This document shows positions 18,789-29,925 of a stretch of 59,431 bases of DNA, in pieces. The notes below the pieces were generated by a model that saw only the letters and a list, made by a program, of their open reading frames with translations, searched no databases and had not been told where the DNA came from. The position numbers and the translations under genes were made by a program. This DNA is from an uncultured virus (IMG/VR IMGVR_UViG_3300011691_000001). Its lineage: Duplodnaviria; Heunggongvirae; Uroviricota; Caudoviricetes. The stretch lies in the IMG/VR virus record IMGVR_UViG_3300011691_000001, one strand, 5' to 3'. The number at the start of each line of letters is the position of its first letter. The first letter of the stretch is position 1.

Positions 18789-19340
18789 ATGGCTAGAAAA
18801 GTTAAATGCACGTACTGTAAAAAAGATGGGACGAATGAAACTTTCCATAGGGAAGTAATTAAAGGAAAGAATAAATACTTTTGCAATCAGATTGAATATG
18901 AATTATTTGAAATGAATGAAGCTAAAAAACGATCAGAAACAGAAGAAAGAAATGAACTTATGAATTGGATAATGGATGAAATTTATAATTATGAAAAGGG
19001 AATGGTATTTCCTAATACATTGAAAAGTAGAGTTTTTAAATTACTTGAATTTTATCCTTGTACAGTTGTTAAAGAAGCATTTGTTATTAATTATGAGGTT
19101 CTATCTTGGGCAATCAAGAATAAAAATCTCTCCGAATTTCATATGACATGTTATATTATGTCGATAGTTGAAAAAAGCATTAATGATATCTATTTAGAAT
19201 TTAAAAGAAATCAGAAGCAAAATGATAAAGTAAGTGAGAAGAGTGTGGATGTTCAATTATTTGATGAAGTTTCAAATACTACAGTAATAAACAAAACAAA
19301 TAAAAAAGACATATCTCACTTTTTAGAAGATGATTTTTAA
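18789..19340 (+). CDS. replication-associated protein (possible helicase loader)
   Basis: MARKVKCTYC zinc motif; directly upstream of DnaB. Confidence 0.55.
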   Translation: MARKVKCTYCKKDGTNETFHREVIKGKNKYFCNQIEYELFEMNEAKKRSETEERNELMNWIMDEIYNYEKGMVFPNTLKSRVFKLLEFYPCTVVKEAFVINYEVLSWAIKNKNLSEFHMTCYIMSIVEKSINDIYLEFKRNQKQNDKVSEKSVDVQLFDEVSNTTVINKTNKKDISHFLEDDF

Positions 19341-19346
19341 GGAGGA

Positions 19347-20819
19347 ATGTTAGTGACAGTATTAAGTAATTATCCTAGTGAGTTAGTTGACACTAGAAAA
19401 ATCATTGAGGCATCGTTTGTATTTTGCTTATGGAAAGATCCAGAATTGTTTGATGATTATTCAGAGTTTAATCCTAGTAAAGAATTATTACTGGATGATT
19501 CCAAGTTTTACTATTCTATTGCTCATAAAATGAAAGAGTTAGAGTATAAATCATTAGACAATGCGTCAGTTTTTACATATTTGAAAGACAATCCGTTATT
19601 AGCTGAAGAATTTAGTTTAAAAGGTGGATTCCAGACTGTTGACAAAATGTGCAAGATTCTTAATTCAAATAACATTGAATCATACCATGATGCATTATCA
19701 AAAAGTAATATGTTGATTAGTTTACATGACAAAGGATTCAATGTACTAAGTGAGTTGGGCAAATTTAAACAAATGACTACTTCACAACTCTACGATTATT
19801 ATGAATACCAATTAGATAATGTTTTCTTGGGTAGGGGATCAGGCGTACAAATTGTAGATTTAGATATTAGTGATGACTTTATTGAGAGAAACAATTCAGG
19901 AGCAGGAAGAGGATTGAGTTATCATTCAACATCACCAATCATGAACTATCATACTATGGGTTTACATCGTTCTAATGTACAAATATTTGCAGGTTTTAGT
20001 GGTACAGGGAAGAGTAGTTATGTAGTCAATTCATACATGTTGCCTATTTTAGACAGTGGAGAAAAATTAACAATCATTGCAAATGAAATGAATATTGATG
20101 CATGGCGACATATCTTTCTTGCTACTGTTTTATCTCAAAAGTTAGGTTATTTCGGATTGACCAGAAAGAAACAAAAGTTAGGTTCATATACAGATGAACA
20201 ATTACAGAAAATTAAAGAGGCTCAAAAATACATAGATGATCACTATAAAGGAAGAATTAAGTTTGTAAAAATATTCGACTATAGCGTAGATGACGTAAAA
20301 CGAATTGCTCGCAAGATGGCTAAAAGAGGATTTGGATATATAGTTTACGATACTTTTAAATCAGAAAATGCTGCTTCAGATAAAGTTACAGGTGAATTAA
20401 TAGAAGCATCAAAACAACTACTTCAGGTAGCAGAGAAGGAAGATATCTGCATCATCATTACAATGCAATTAGCTATTTATATGGAAAATACACGTTATTT
20501 AACTGCTGCTACATTATCCAATGCAAAAGGAGTTAAGGAAGTTGTTTCTGAATTAATCCTGATGAGAAAATTATGGGATGACGAATATACTGGAGAAAAA
20601 TTTGACATTAAAGCATGGAAATACATAAAAGATGAAAATGGTAAAATTACAGGAAGTAAAGAGTACATTACTTTAGACAAAGAAAAAAGGTATCGCCTGA
20701 TGTTCCTAGATAAAACACGTAATGATGAGGATGATATTTGTGTCATTTCAAGATTCGACGGTCAGTGGAATCAATGGAAGGAAATAGGGTACTGTAATCC
20801 AAAGCACCAGAATAGATAG
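19347..20819 (+). CDS. DnaB-like replicative helicase
   Basis: AGFSGTGKSS Walker A, IANEM, VYDTFK, ITMQL. Confidence 0.85.
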   Translation: MLVTVLSNYPSELVDTRKIIEASFVFCLWKDPELFDDYSEFNPSKELLLDDSKFYYSIAHKMKELEYKSLDNASVFTYLKDNPLLAEEFSLKGGFQTVDKMCKILNSNNIESYHDALSKSNMLISLHDKGFNVLSELGKFKQMTTSQLYDYYEYQLDNVFLGRGSGVQIVDLDISDDFIERNNSGAGRGLSYHSTSPIMNYHTMGLHRSNVQIFAGFSGTGKSSYVVNSYMLPILDSGEKLTIIANEMNIDAWRHIFLATVLSQKLGYFGLTRKKQKLGSYTDEQLQKIKEAQKYIDDHYKGRIKFVKIFDYSVDDVKRIARKMAKRGFGYIVYDTFKSENAASDKVTGELIEASKQLLQVAEKEDICIIITMQLAIYMENTRYLTAATLSNAKGVKEVVSELILMRKLWDDEYTGEKFDIKAWKYIKDENGKITGSKEYITLDKEKRYRLMFLDKTRNDEDDICVISRFDGQWNQWKEIGYCNPKHQNR

Positions 20820-20830
20820 GGTGTGACTAA

Positions 20831-21850
20831 TTGAATATATACGCATTAAAACAACAGATTATAGATAATGAAGAATTAATTGAATTAATACTTAATGATT
20901 CAGGATTTACCGATATCAATGGAGAATTCAATCAAGGGAATGAATATAGATGTTCTTGGGAAGAAGGAGGCAATCCTACTTCAGTTAGAGTTAACAAGTC
21001 TACATTGTCATCTGATTGTTTTTCTAAGGGGATCAAAGGTGACATCATCACATTAGTAAGTGAAAAATTGAACCTTTCCTTTACAAAAACAATAGATAGG
21101 TTGTCCAGATTAATAAATTTTGAAGACATTAACGAGGAAATCACCTTACCATTCGATGGATTCTTTAATGAAATATTAAATTTAGTTGATGATAATTTCG
21201 ATGATCTTGAAACTTTTGACGAATCAATACTTGATGATTATTTAATTTTACCTTCTGAAAGGTTTTTAAAAGATGGGATAAATTATGAAGTACAGCAGAA
21301 ATACAACGTAGGATATGATGTTACAACGGGTAGAATAATTGTTCCTTGGAGAAATTTAGAAGGTAAATTAGTTGGGATCATGGGCAGGTTAAATAAAGAA
21401 GAAATAGAAGAGTATGAAAATAAGTACCTACCAATCATCTCATTTCCTAAAAGTAAGACTATTTTTGGATTTAGTGAGAATTACAGATCAATACAAGAAC
21501 AAGGATTAGTTATTATAGTTGAGCCAGAAAAAGGAGTAATGAAGCTAGAGTCAATGGGAGTAAATGTTGGCTTAGGACTAGGTGGAAGTTCTCTTAGTAC
21601 TTTTCAAGCAAATAACATTAAATCATTGTTCCCAAAAAGAATTATTGTTGGTCTTGATGAAGGATTATCTGAAGAAGTATCGCTCAATATGGCTAAACAA
21701 TTAAAAATTGATACCTTCTTTGAAAATGAAGTTGGATACATATATGATGCAGAAAATAAATACTTGCCTAAAGGATCAAAAATGAGTCCGTCAGATTTAC
21801 CATTGGAGCAATTTAAAAAGTTAATAGTTGAGTGTACTAGGAGAGTTTAG
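20831..21850 (+). CDS. DNA primase (Toprim)
   Basis: GRIIVPWRNLEGKLVGIMGR, VEPEKG, GLDEG. Confidence 0.8.
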   Translation: MNIYALKQQIIDNEELIELILNDSGFTDINGEFNQGNEYRCSWEEGGNPTSVRVNKSTLSSDCFSKGIKGDIITLVSEKLNLSFTKTIDRLSRLINFEDINEEITLPFDGFFNEILNLVDDNFDDLETFDESILDDYLILPSERFLKDGINYEVQQKYNVGYDVTTGRIIVPWRNLEGKLVGIMGRLNKEEIEEYENKYLPIISFPKSKTIFGFSENYRSIQEQGLVIIVEPEKGVMKLESMGVNVGLGLGGSSLSTFQANNIKSLFPKRIIVGLDEGLSEEVSLNMAKQLKIDTFFENEVGYIYDAENKYLPKGSKMSPSDLPLEQFKKLIVECTRRV

Positions 21851-21862
21851 GAGGTAATTTAC

Positions 21863-22912
21863 ATAAAAAGAATTAATAATGAAGTAGAAGAAGAGTTAGT
21901 TAAAAAACTAAGAGATGATGGTAAAACAATATACTCAATATCAAGAATAAATACGATGAATACGTGTAACTTTGAATACTATAATACATACATAAAAAAG
22001 AACAGAGGAATTAGTAATTGTTATGGTGAAGTTGGAAGTGAAACGCATGATTATATTGAAAATGTATATAGAGGAAACATCACAGACACATCTGACTTTA
22101 ATCAAAAACTACATAATAAATTGTTGGAATTAGAAATAATGGACTTAGACTTTCCTAGTGAAGTAATCAAAAATTCATTTGTAAAAGATTTGGATCACTT
22201 TACAAAGAACTTTAATAAATTAGATGGTAATTTTACATTAGAGAAAATGTTTGTTACTCAGATAAGAGAGTATTATCTACTTGGTTATATAGATGCTATT
22301 CAGCAGCTAGATGAAAAAATTAATATTATAGACTGGAAAACATCAAGTAAATTTACAGGGACAAAATTAGAACAAGCAGGAAGACAATTAGTAATTTATA
22401 AACTAGGACTAGAAAACACATCTAATATCCAAATAAATGAAATTAAATGGGCTATGCTCAAATACATAAATGTTTGTTGGAAACTAAAAAATGGTAATAT
22501 CAAAAAGAAAATGGTGAATCGTGGTAAATTAATTAAGGAAATGCATAATACATTTGAAAAAGAAATGTTGAAGTCTGGAATGAATGAAATTGATGTAGGA
22601 CTAGCTTTAATGAATGCTGAAACCAATAATTCATTTACTGATTTACCAAGTGTCATTACAGATAAATACTGGTTAGAAGATTGTTTTGTTGAATATGAAG
22701 CAACTGATGAAGTAATTAAAGAAGTAGAGGATTACGTAGTCAATACAATTGAAGAAATTGAAAATAAAGATATACATAATGAAAGTGAATGGAAACCTTT
22801 AGACTTTGATAAGGAAGGTACGTTTTATTGTAATACTTTATGTAGCCACAGAAAAACGTGCCCATTTATTAGAGAATATAATCAAAAGAATCCATACAAG
22901 AAAAGCTTTTAA
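21863..22912 (+). CDS. PD-(D/E)XK (Cas4/AddB-like) nuclease, probable ATA start
   Basis: GYIDAI, IIDWKTS, QLVIY, C-terminal CxxxC...CP; frame extends upstream to ATA at 21863 after GGAGG. Confidence 0.78.
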   Translation: MKRINNEVEEELVKKLRDDGKTIYSISRINTMNTCNFEYYNTYIKKNRGISNCYGEVGSETHDYIENVYRGNITDTSDFNQKLHNKLLELEIMDLDFPSEVIKNSFVKDLDHFTKNFNKLDGNFTLEKMFVTQIREYYLLGYIDAIQQLDEKINIIDWKTSSKFTGTKLEQAGRQLVIYKLGLENTSNIQINEIKWAMLKYINVCWKLKNGNIKKKMVNRGKLIKEMHNTFEKEMLKSGMNEIDVGLALMNAETNNSFTDLPSVITDKYWLEDCFVEYEATDEVIKEVEDYVVNTIEEIENKDIHNESEWKPLDFDKEGTFYCNTLCSHRKTCPFIREYNQKNPYKKSF

Positions 22913-22924
22913 GGAGGATTTAAA

Positions 22925-25900
22925 TTGAGATATAACAACTATCATAAACATACTCATTATAGTAATGTGCATACTCCTGACTCTATTGCTAAAGTTGAAG
23001 ACTATGCTAAACGAGCCATTGAATTGGGACATACATCATTGGCAACTACTGAACATGGATATGCAGGTAATATATTTGAATATTATGATGTTGCTAAGAA
23101 ATATGGTTTAAAATTTGTATTTGGGATTGAGTATTATTATGTAAATGATCGTTTTGAAAAAGATAAAACAAATTCACACCTAATGGTTTTAGCAAAGAAT
23201 AAAAATGGAATGAAACAAATGCTAAAAATTATGTCTGAAGCAAGTAAGACAGGATACTACTATAAGCCTCGCATTGATAAGAAATTGTTATTCTCATTAA
23301 ATCCAGAAGATGTTGTAGTCACTTCAACTTGTGTAATTAGTTATATTAATAAGTACGATGATTATGAAGAAAACTTTGTTATACCTTTGATGGAATATTT
23401 TGGAGAGAATTTTTACTTGGAGATTCATGATAATACCCACCCAATGCAAGTTGAATACAATAAAGCAATATTAGAATTACACAATAAATATAAGATTCCG
23501 TTTATCCATGCAACAGACTCGCACTATATTTATGCTGAAGATGATAAATATCGAACAATTTTCTTAAATGGCAAAGGGATTTTCTATCCTGAAGAAGAAG
23601 GATTTATTTTAGATTATCCTGATTCAAATACAATCTTTGACCGATACGAAGAACAAGGTGTATTCACAAGAGAACAAGTTGAAAGTTCCCTAAAGAATAC
23701 TTGGATTATAGATGACTTTGAAGACATTGAAATGGACAAAGAGATAAAAATGCCTTCTTTATATCCTGAATTATCACATGAAGAAAAGGTTAAGAAATTA
23801 AAAAACGTCATTAATCATGAATGGATAAAAGATAGAGAACATATCGCTAATGAAGATTATCAGAAATACATAGAAGCAATTAGACTAGAGACATCAATTA
23901 TCGAAGACACTAAAATGGAAGACTACTTTTTACTTAATTACGAGATTATAAAGAGAGCAAAAGAATTAGGAGGAGTATTGACTCGTACTGGTCGTGGCTC
24001 AGCTCCAAGTTTTTATGTAAATAAGTTGTTAGGGTTTACGGAAATTGACCGACTAGAAGCACCTATTACTCTATATCCAACTCGCTTTATGAGTAAATCA
24101 CGAATCATTGAATCTAAATCTTTACCAGATATCGATTTCAATACTGCTAATCCTAAGCCATTTATTCAAGCAAGTCGTGAAATTTTAGGCGAAGATAATG
24201 TTTATTACATGACTGCTTATGGTACTATGCAAGCATCATCAGCATTTAGAAATTTGTGTCGATCATATGGATACAATATGGATGAATATAATGAAGTTGC
24301 TAAAGATTTAGACAGATATAAAAATCATGAAAAGTGGAAGGATGTAATTGAAGAATCACAACGGTTTATTGGAGTAATTGATTCGGTAGCTCCTCATCCA
24401 TGCGCTAATATTCTATTGAGCGAATCAGTATCAGAAGAAATTGGCGTAATCAAGGTTGGAGATGAGTTATGTGTACTTATTGACTCAACTACTTCGGATA
24501 CATGGAAATTCTTAAAAAATGATTATCTTTCAGTTACTGTGTGGGACATTATTGCAGAAACTTATAAAATGCTAGATCAACCAATCCCTAATATTCGTGA
24601 ATTGAATAGTCTTATGATGAACAACAGTAAGATGTGGGATTTATATGAAAAAGGTTTAACTGCAACATTAAATCAAGTTGGTACTGAAAGTGGTACATCA
24701 CAAGTAATGCAGTATAAACCAAAGTCTGTACGAGAGTTATCAGGTTTCGTGGCTGCAATACGTCCGTCATTTGAAAGTATGAAACACTTATTTCTTGATC
24801 GTAAGGAGTTTTCATATGGTATTCCTGAATTTGATAAGATCCTTGAGACTTCAGATAACTTTGTACTTTACCAAGAAAATATTATGGAAACGCTTGTTTA
24901 TTCAGGATTTAACGAAGATGAAACTTATTCATTACTAAAAGCAATTGCCAAGAAAAAAGAAGGTATTATTGAACCAATCTATGAGCGATTTATTAATGGA
25001 TTTACAGAAAAAACAGGTAGTCAAGAAAATGCTCAAAAAGTATGGAAAATCATTGAGGATGCAGTTGCTTATGGATTCAATAGTTCTCACTCGTTATCAG
25101 TTGCTTACGATTCACTATATGGAGCATATTTGAAGGCAAATTATCCTCTTGAATATTACGCAGTAGTTCTAAACATTTACGAAGACAATACAGAAATGAC
25201 TGCTAGAATATACAAAGAATTATCTCATTTCAAAATTAAAGTTGTATCGCCTTTGTTTGGTAAGGCACGTAGTAAATATTCAGTAGATAAAGTGAATAAT
25301 CAAATTGTAAAAGGCATGAAGTCAATCAAATTTGTGAATGATTTAGTATCAGAGCAGCTATATGAGCTAGCACAAATAAAGCAGCATGAAAATTTCATTG
25401 ATCTATTAGTTGATATTACCAGTGATACAAAAGTAAATACTAGACAACTCAACATATTAATTCGACTTGGATTCTTTAGAGAGTTTGGAAATTCTAAATA
25501 CCTTGAATTACTGTCAGCAAAATTTACTGAGAGATATAAGAAATCTCATAAAGAAGAGACTAAATTGAAGCGATTAGAAGAAATTCAACTATATGAATTA
25601 GAAATCAAGGACATTGAAGATTACCATATTAGCGAGAAAGTAGTATTTGAGAAGGAAGCATTAGGTTACTCACAAAGTACAGATAAAAAATATGATCTTT
25701 CATATGCAGTTGTAACAGAAGTTGATACTAAATATGCACCATCAATTAAACTGTATCTAGTTAATAATGGCATTGAGATGATCTTACGAGTACAAAAGAA
25801 TATCTTCTTTGATGAAAATAAAGAGGCATTTTTAAAAGTTGGAGATATGATCAAAGTTACTCAAGTAGAGAAGAAACCTAAAATGCAAAAAGTTGTAGGC

Positions 25901-25969
25901 AAATGGTTGCCTACTGATATCATGCAGACATGGTTAACTTCATGGCAGAAAGTAGAAATTAATAAATAA
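22925..25969 (+). CDS. dnaE: DNA polymerase III alpha subunit
   Basis: PHP HKHTHYS, TEHG, GRGSA, LPDIDF, YGFNSSHS. Confidence 0.93.
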   Translation: MRYNNYHKHTHYSNVHTPDSIAKVEDYAKRAIELGHTSLATTEHGYAGNIFEYYDVAKKYGLKFVFGIEYYYVNDRFEKDKTNSHLMVLAKNKNGMKQMLKIMSEASKTGYYYKPRIDKKLLFSLNPEDVVVTSTCVISYINKYDDYEENFVIPLMEYFGENFYLEIHDNTHPMQVEYNKAILELHNKYKIPFIHATDSHYIYAEDDKYRTIFLNGKGIFYPEEEGFILDYPDSNTIFDRYEEQGVFTREQVESSLKNTWIIDDFEDIEMDKEIKMPSLYPELSHEEKVKKLKNVINHEWIKDREHIANEDYQKYIEAIRLETSIIEDTKMEDYFLLNYEIIKRAKELGGVLTRTGRGSAPSFYVNKLLGFTEIDRLEAPITLYPTRFMSKSRIIESKSLPDIDFNTANPKPFIQASREILGEDNVYYMTAYGTMQASSAFRNLCRSYGYNMDEYNEVAKDLDRYKNHEKWKDVIEESQRFIGVIDSVAPHPCANILLSESVSEEIGVIKVGDELCVLIDSTTSDTWKFLKNDYLSVTVWDIIAETYKMLDQPIPNIRELNSLMMNNSKMWDLYEKGLTATLNQVGTESGTSQVMQYKPKSVRELSGFVAAIRPSFESMKHLFLDRKEFSYGIPEFDKILETSDNFVLYQENIMETLVYSGFNEDETYSLLKAIAKKKEGIIEPIYERFINGFTEKTGSQENAQKVWKIIEDAVAYGFNSSHSLSVAYDSLYGAYLKANYPLEYYAVVLNIYEDNTEMTARIYKELSHFKIKVVSPLFGKARSKYSVDKVNNQIVKGMKSIKFVNDLVSEQLYELAQIKQHENFIDLLVDITSDTKVNTRQLNILIRLGFFREFGNSKYLELLSAKFTERYKKSHKEETKLKRLEEIQLYELEIKDIEDYHISEKVVFEKEALGYSQSTDKKYDLSYAVVTEVDTKYAPSIKLYLVNNGIEMILRVQKNIFFDENKEAFLKVGDMIKVTQVEKKPKMQKVVGKWLPTDIMQTWLTSWQKVEINK

Positions 25970-25995
25970 AATACATAACAAAAGGTGGAATATAA

Positions 25996-26229
25996 ATGTT
26001 TAATGAACTATCTAAATACTTTTCGGAATCAAAACACAATCATCCAATTAGTAATTATGCTTTGAAAGACAAAGTAATTGTACTTGAGCATAAAGGTGAA
26101 GGGTTAACTAGAATGATTTATTCTTATCAAATGGAAAGTGTTATTGAAATATTTGAATCGAACAGGAATAACACATCATCACTATATATTTTTGATTTGG
26201 GCAAAGTAAATTATTTAAATAAAAATTAA
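25996..26229 (+). CDS. hypothetical protein
   Basis: AAGGTGG RBS. Confidence 0.55.
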   Translation: MFNELSKYFSESKHNHPISNYALKDKVIVLEHKGEGLTRMIYSYQMESVIEIFESNRNNTSSLYIFDLGKVNYLNKN

Positions 26230-26246
26230 ATTTTATTAAAAGGGAG

Positions 26247-26537
26247 ATGTTAGTTATATTAAAAGAGGCTAAATTAATCGGAGAATTAACAAGTAAAAGC
26301 GGAGAATTGATTGGGATATCATTAAAAAGTGTCAAAAAAGCTATTAAGAATCATGTTGTTAAACGGATTAACTTCTTGGAGACAGCATTAAAGTACACTA
26401 ATAAAACAACCTCAAAGAATAAAATTAAAAAACAACTTATTTATTTAAATGTAAAATTAAATGAGATGAATATGTACGATAAAATGGACGAGTATTTAAA
26501 TTCAGTTAATGAGTTCGCCAAAACTGGTACTAAATAA
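26247..26537 (+). CDS. hypothetical protein
   Basis: ORF between palindromes 26219 and 26534. Confidence 0.55.
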   Translation: MLVILKEAKLIGELTSKSGELIGISLKSVKKAIKNHVVKRINFLETALKYTNKTTSKNKIKKQLIYLNVKLNEMNMYDKMDEYLNSVNEFAKTGTK

Positions 26538-26580
26538 AAGAAACCTATTAATAAAACTAATAATGAAAGAGAGTGGTTTT

Positions 26581-27252
26581 TTGAAAGTATTAGAGTTATT
26601 TGCAGGTACTAGATCGATTGGAAAAGCATTTGAAGAAAATGGACATGAGGTATTTAGTGTTGAGTGGGACAAACAACATGAAAATATTAACTGGTATACA
26701 GATATTGGTCAAATTAAAGCTCAAGACATTATTGCAAAGTTCGGAAAGCCTGATGTTATTTGGGCTAGTCCAGATTGTACTTCTTACTCAATAGCGGCTA
26801 TATCACATCATAGAACGAGAGAAGTAGACGGAAACCTTGCTCCTAAAAGCGATTATGCTAAATTTTGTGACAGTGTAAATGCTAACATGTTGCAACTAAT
26901 TAAAGAATTGAATCCTACATACTTTTACATAGAAAATCCAAGAGGTGGTATGCGTAAGATGAGATTTATGCAAGATTTGCCGAGACATACTGTTACGTAT
27001 TGCCAATATGAAACCGAAAAGCCAGTAAACAAAAGACGTATGAAACCTACTGATATCTGGACGAACCATCCTAATCCGCAGTTCAAACCGATGTGTAAGA
27101 ACGGAGCACCATGTCATGAAGCAGCACCTAGAGGTTCAAAAACAGGAACGCAAGGGTTAAAGAAAATTGATAGATCTAGAATTCCTAGTGATTTATGCAA
27201 ACATATTGTAAAAATAAGTGAAGAAGTATCTATTAATAATAAAAATACATAA
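26581..27252 (+). CDS. DNA cytosine-5 methyltransferase (compact, orphan)
   Basis: Motif I LELFAG, motif IV ASPDC, motif VI IENP. Confidence 0.82.
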   Translation: MKVLELFAGTRSIGKAFEENGHEVFSVEWDKQHENINWYTDIGQIKAQDIIAKFGKPDVIWASPDCTSYSIAAISHHRTREVDGNLAPKSDYAKFCDSVNANMLQLIKELNPTYFYIENPRGGMRKMRFMQDLPRHTVTYCQYETEKPVNKRRMKPTDIWTNHPNPQFKPMCKNGAPCHEAAPRGSKTGTQGLKKIDRSRIPSDLCKHIVKISEEVSINNKNT

Positions 27253-27636
27253 GTAGTTTTAACAAAAGAAATGTGTTATTGAAAGTAGGCGATCTAATGG
27301 TATTCGACAAGATGATTGAAAAATTAAGGAATGGTATAGACATAGAGTTGGAAACTATTGATATAACTGAAGAATTTCAATGTGAATATGAGAGGTATCA
27401 AGAAAGAGCGAAAGACAGATATGCTGATGAAAAATTAGATTAAATAATATTCATCTTTTATTAAATAGTGAGGTAATGTAATGCGAGCGACTACTTCATA
27501 TGCACTAATATGGATTGCTGTAGGATTAACTATCTCTGTAGGAATGATTGTTTCTAATAGCTTGATGCCATTAAGGGCTTTCTTATTTCCTGCAATGATA
27601 TCAATGAAAGATTGAATTTGAAAATACATAAACAAA

Positions 27637-28050
27637 TTGGAGGAATTAATAATGGGAGTAGATGCAAGTTATTTATATGGGTACGGTGCTGATGTTAGTA
27701 AAATTGAATGGGATATTGGTTACTTAAAAGAAAAACACAAAGATCAATTGTATAGTTATATTGATGAAACTCGTTATTCAAAAACCACTTGGATTGAATT
27801 TATTGACCAATTGGAGGAAGCAATAGAGAATGATGAGGATGTGACAGAGGTATTAGAAGCAATTAGTAATTTACTAGAGATTAATTACGATGATGAAAAT
27901 TATTTGACATTCAATCATAATCATCTAGCTAAACTGTATCCAGATGCTAAATTAAAAGACTTAGATGAAGTATCAAAACACTACGCTAAAGAATTAGGGA
28001 TTAAAAATGTAGAAGAAATTAACTGGATTGAGTGGGGTTACTTTAGTTAG
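27637..28050 (+). CDS. acidic hypothetical protein
   Basis: GGAGG RBS before MGVDAS. Confidence 0.65.
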   Translation: MEELIMGVDASYLYGYGADVSKIEWDIGYLKEKHKDQLYSYIDETRYSKTTWIEFIDQLEEAIENDEDVTEVLEAISNLLEINYDDENYLTFNHNHLAKLYPDAKLKDLDEVSKHYAKELGIKNVEEINWIEWGYFS

Positions 28051-28099
28051 TAGAAGTTAAATAAAACACGCATTTTATAAAAGTATTAGGAGGAATTAA

Positions 28100-29038
28100 A
28101 TGAAGAAATACGATATTAAACTGTCATTTAAAGAATTAGAATTGATTGATGGTAAGGTTTCTGAAGATGCCCAGAAAGTAATTGAACTGGCTAGAAAAGA
28201 AAACTCATTTGGATTTTCATTGGTAGTCATGAATGAAATTCTAAGAAAATCAGAAGAAAATGGATTGTTAAATTGGAGATACAAAGAGATCGACAATTGC
28301 AGCTATTGTGATGACAAACCTCGTGATTACTATACATATCCAAGGAGTGGGAAATACCATAGAAAAGGGGAAAAGAATTACAGTAAACCGAAATACTATT
28401 CAGGAGTTAAATTTAACGAAGGTTTTGTAACTATACAAGGACAAGGGGATATGTGTCGAGAGTGTTGCGAAAAACATAATGTAATTAATCAATTGATCGA
28501 TTATATACTAGTCAATGATTTAAAAATACAAATACAAAAGAATGATTATAAAGACAGTAAGTATTTAAAAGATGACATCAGAATATGTTACAACTGCGAA
28601 ACTGAAATGAAAGAATCGGAAATGGGTAAAACTTCAACTATGATGGGAGATGGTAATTATCCATCTACTTGTCCGAAATGTGAAGCCAAAGGTTCAGCAT
28701 TTGGTAAAAGCCATATTACAACTAATAAATTTACACATAGAATAAATCCATTACATTTAGAAGAAGTACAAAAAATTAAAGAACTAATTAAAATACATAA
28801 TCAAAATAATGAAAAAGATTTACACATTAGTTTAGGACAATTGAAAAGAAACGAGAATGCAATTATCGTACAAGAAACTGAATTCAAAAACGGATATCGT
28901 GAAATAGTGGACTTTGATCTAGTTAAGAAAATCTATTATGTAGGTCATTTTTGGAAGGATAAAGCACATGAGTTTGTTGAGGTGTTGGTCAATAATGGTT
29001 ACGAAGAAACAGAAAACAAGTATTTAATAGTAATGTAA
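28100..29038 (+). CDS. Cys-rich hypothetical protein
   Basis: 312-aa ORF with four CxxC pairs; flanked by palindromes. Confidence 0.7.
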   Translation: MKKYDIKLSFKELELIDGKVSEDAQKVIELARKENSFGFSLVVMNEILRKSEENGLLNWRYKEIDNCSYCDDKPRDYYTYPRSGKYHRKGEKNYSKPKYYSGVKFNEGFVTIQGQGDMCRECCEKHNVINQLIDYILVNDLKIQIQKNDYKDSKYLKDDIRICYNCETEMKESEMGKTSTMMGDGNYPSTCPKCEAKGSAFGKSHITTNKFTHRINPLHLEEVQKIKELIKIHNQNNEKDLHISLGQLKRNENAIIVQETEFKNGYREIVDFDLVKKIYYVGHFWKDKAHEFVEVLVNNGYEETENKYLIVM

Positions 29039-29083
29039 TTAAATAATATCACACTATTACTTAAATTAGAAGGAGATGGGATT

Positions 29084-29359
29084 ATGACAAAATATCGTAA
29101 AAAGCCTGTAGAGATTGAAGCGTTCCGATGGACTGGTGGTCATGAACAAGTAGAAGATCCAAAATAGATTATCGATGCTATTGAAAAAGGTGAAGTGTGG
29201 TTTATTGGCTCAAATGACACTTCTAGGTACATGCAAATAGATACACTAGAAGGAGTTATGACTGCTAACAAAGGCGATTATATTATTCAAGGTGTACAAG
29301 GCGAGATTTACCCATGTAAGCCAGATATTTTTGAAATGACTTATGAAATCGTTGAATAA
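29084..29359 (+). pseudogene. conserved small phage protein (KYRKKPV...GDYII...YPCKPDIFE family) with in-frame TAG
   Basis: TAG at 29165-29167; the frame continues intact to TAA at 29359. Confidence 0.75.
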
Positions 29360-29390
29360 AAGATTAGTATTATTAAATACATAAACGGAG

Positions 29391-29609
29391 TTGATACTTA
29401 TGCAAGATGAACAAACAGTAAATGAACAGAATGCATGGGGGTATTATAAAAATGTGGAAGCAGAAAACTTTCACCTCAAGAAACAACTCGTTAACAAAAA
29501 CAAGCAAATTAAGCAACTTAAACGTGTGATAAGTACATGGAAAGGTAAGTATGAAAAGCTAACAGAAAATCGTAAACCAAAATATAAAAATACAAATAGA
29601 AGAAAGTAG
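29391..29609 (+). CDS. coiled-coil hypothetical protein
   Basis: ORF. Confidence 0.55.
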   Translation: MILMQDEQTVNEQNAWGYYKNVEAENFHLKKQLVNKNKQIKQLKRVISTWKGKYEKLTENRKPKYKNTNRRK

Positions 29610-29610
29610 G

Positions 29611-29883
29611 ATGATTAATTATATGAAAATTTTATTTATTAACGGAGAATCAGATTCTTATACAGCTATGACGATTGAGGATGGTATTGGTATTGAAAAC
29701 TTTGTAAAGGAAGTTGAGCTTCATGGAGGAAAATTTAAGTTTGATGATATGGATCGTGAAATTTTTGGAGAAGCAGAAATTATTGAATATGACAATGTTG
29801 ACAAAGACTTTGTTAAGTTTATAAGAAATAACTTTATAGACTATGATGAAGCAAAACATCGAGATTTCTATGTTTTAGATTAG
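29611..29883 (+). CDS. hypothetical protein
   Basis: ORF. Confidence 0.55.
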   Translation: MINYMKILFINGESDSYTAMTIEDGIGIENFVKEVELHGGKFKFDDMDREIFGEAEIIEYDNVDKDFVKFIRNNFIDYDEAKHRDFYVLD

Positions 29884-29925
29884 TTAAAATGACAATATTA
29901 TTTAAGAAAGGAGAATAGAGAGCGT

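Noticed and set aside
21863..22912. Cas4-like nuclease as part of a CRISPR system
   Set aside because: It lies inside the phage replication operon with no other cas genes or array
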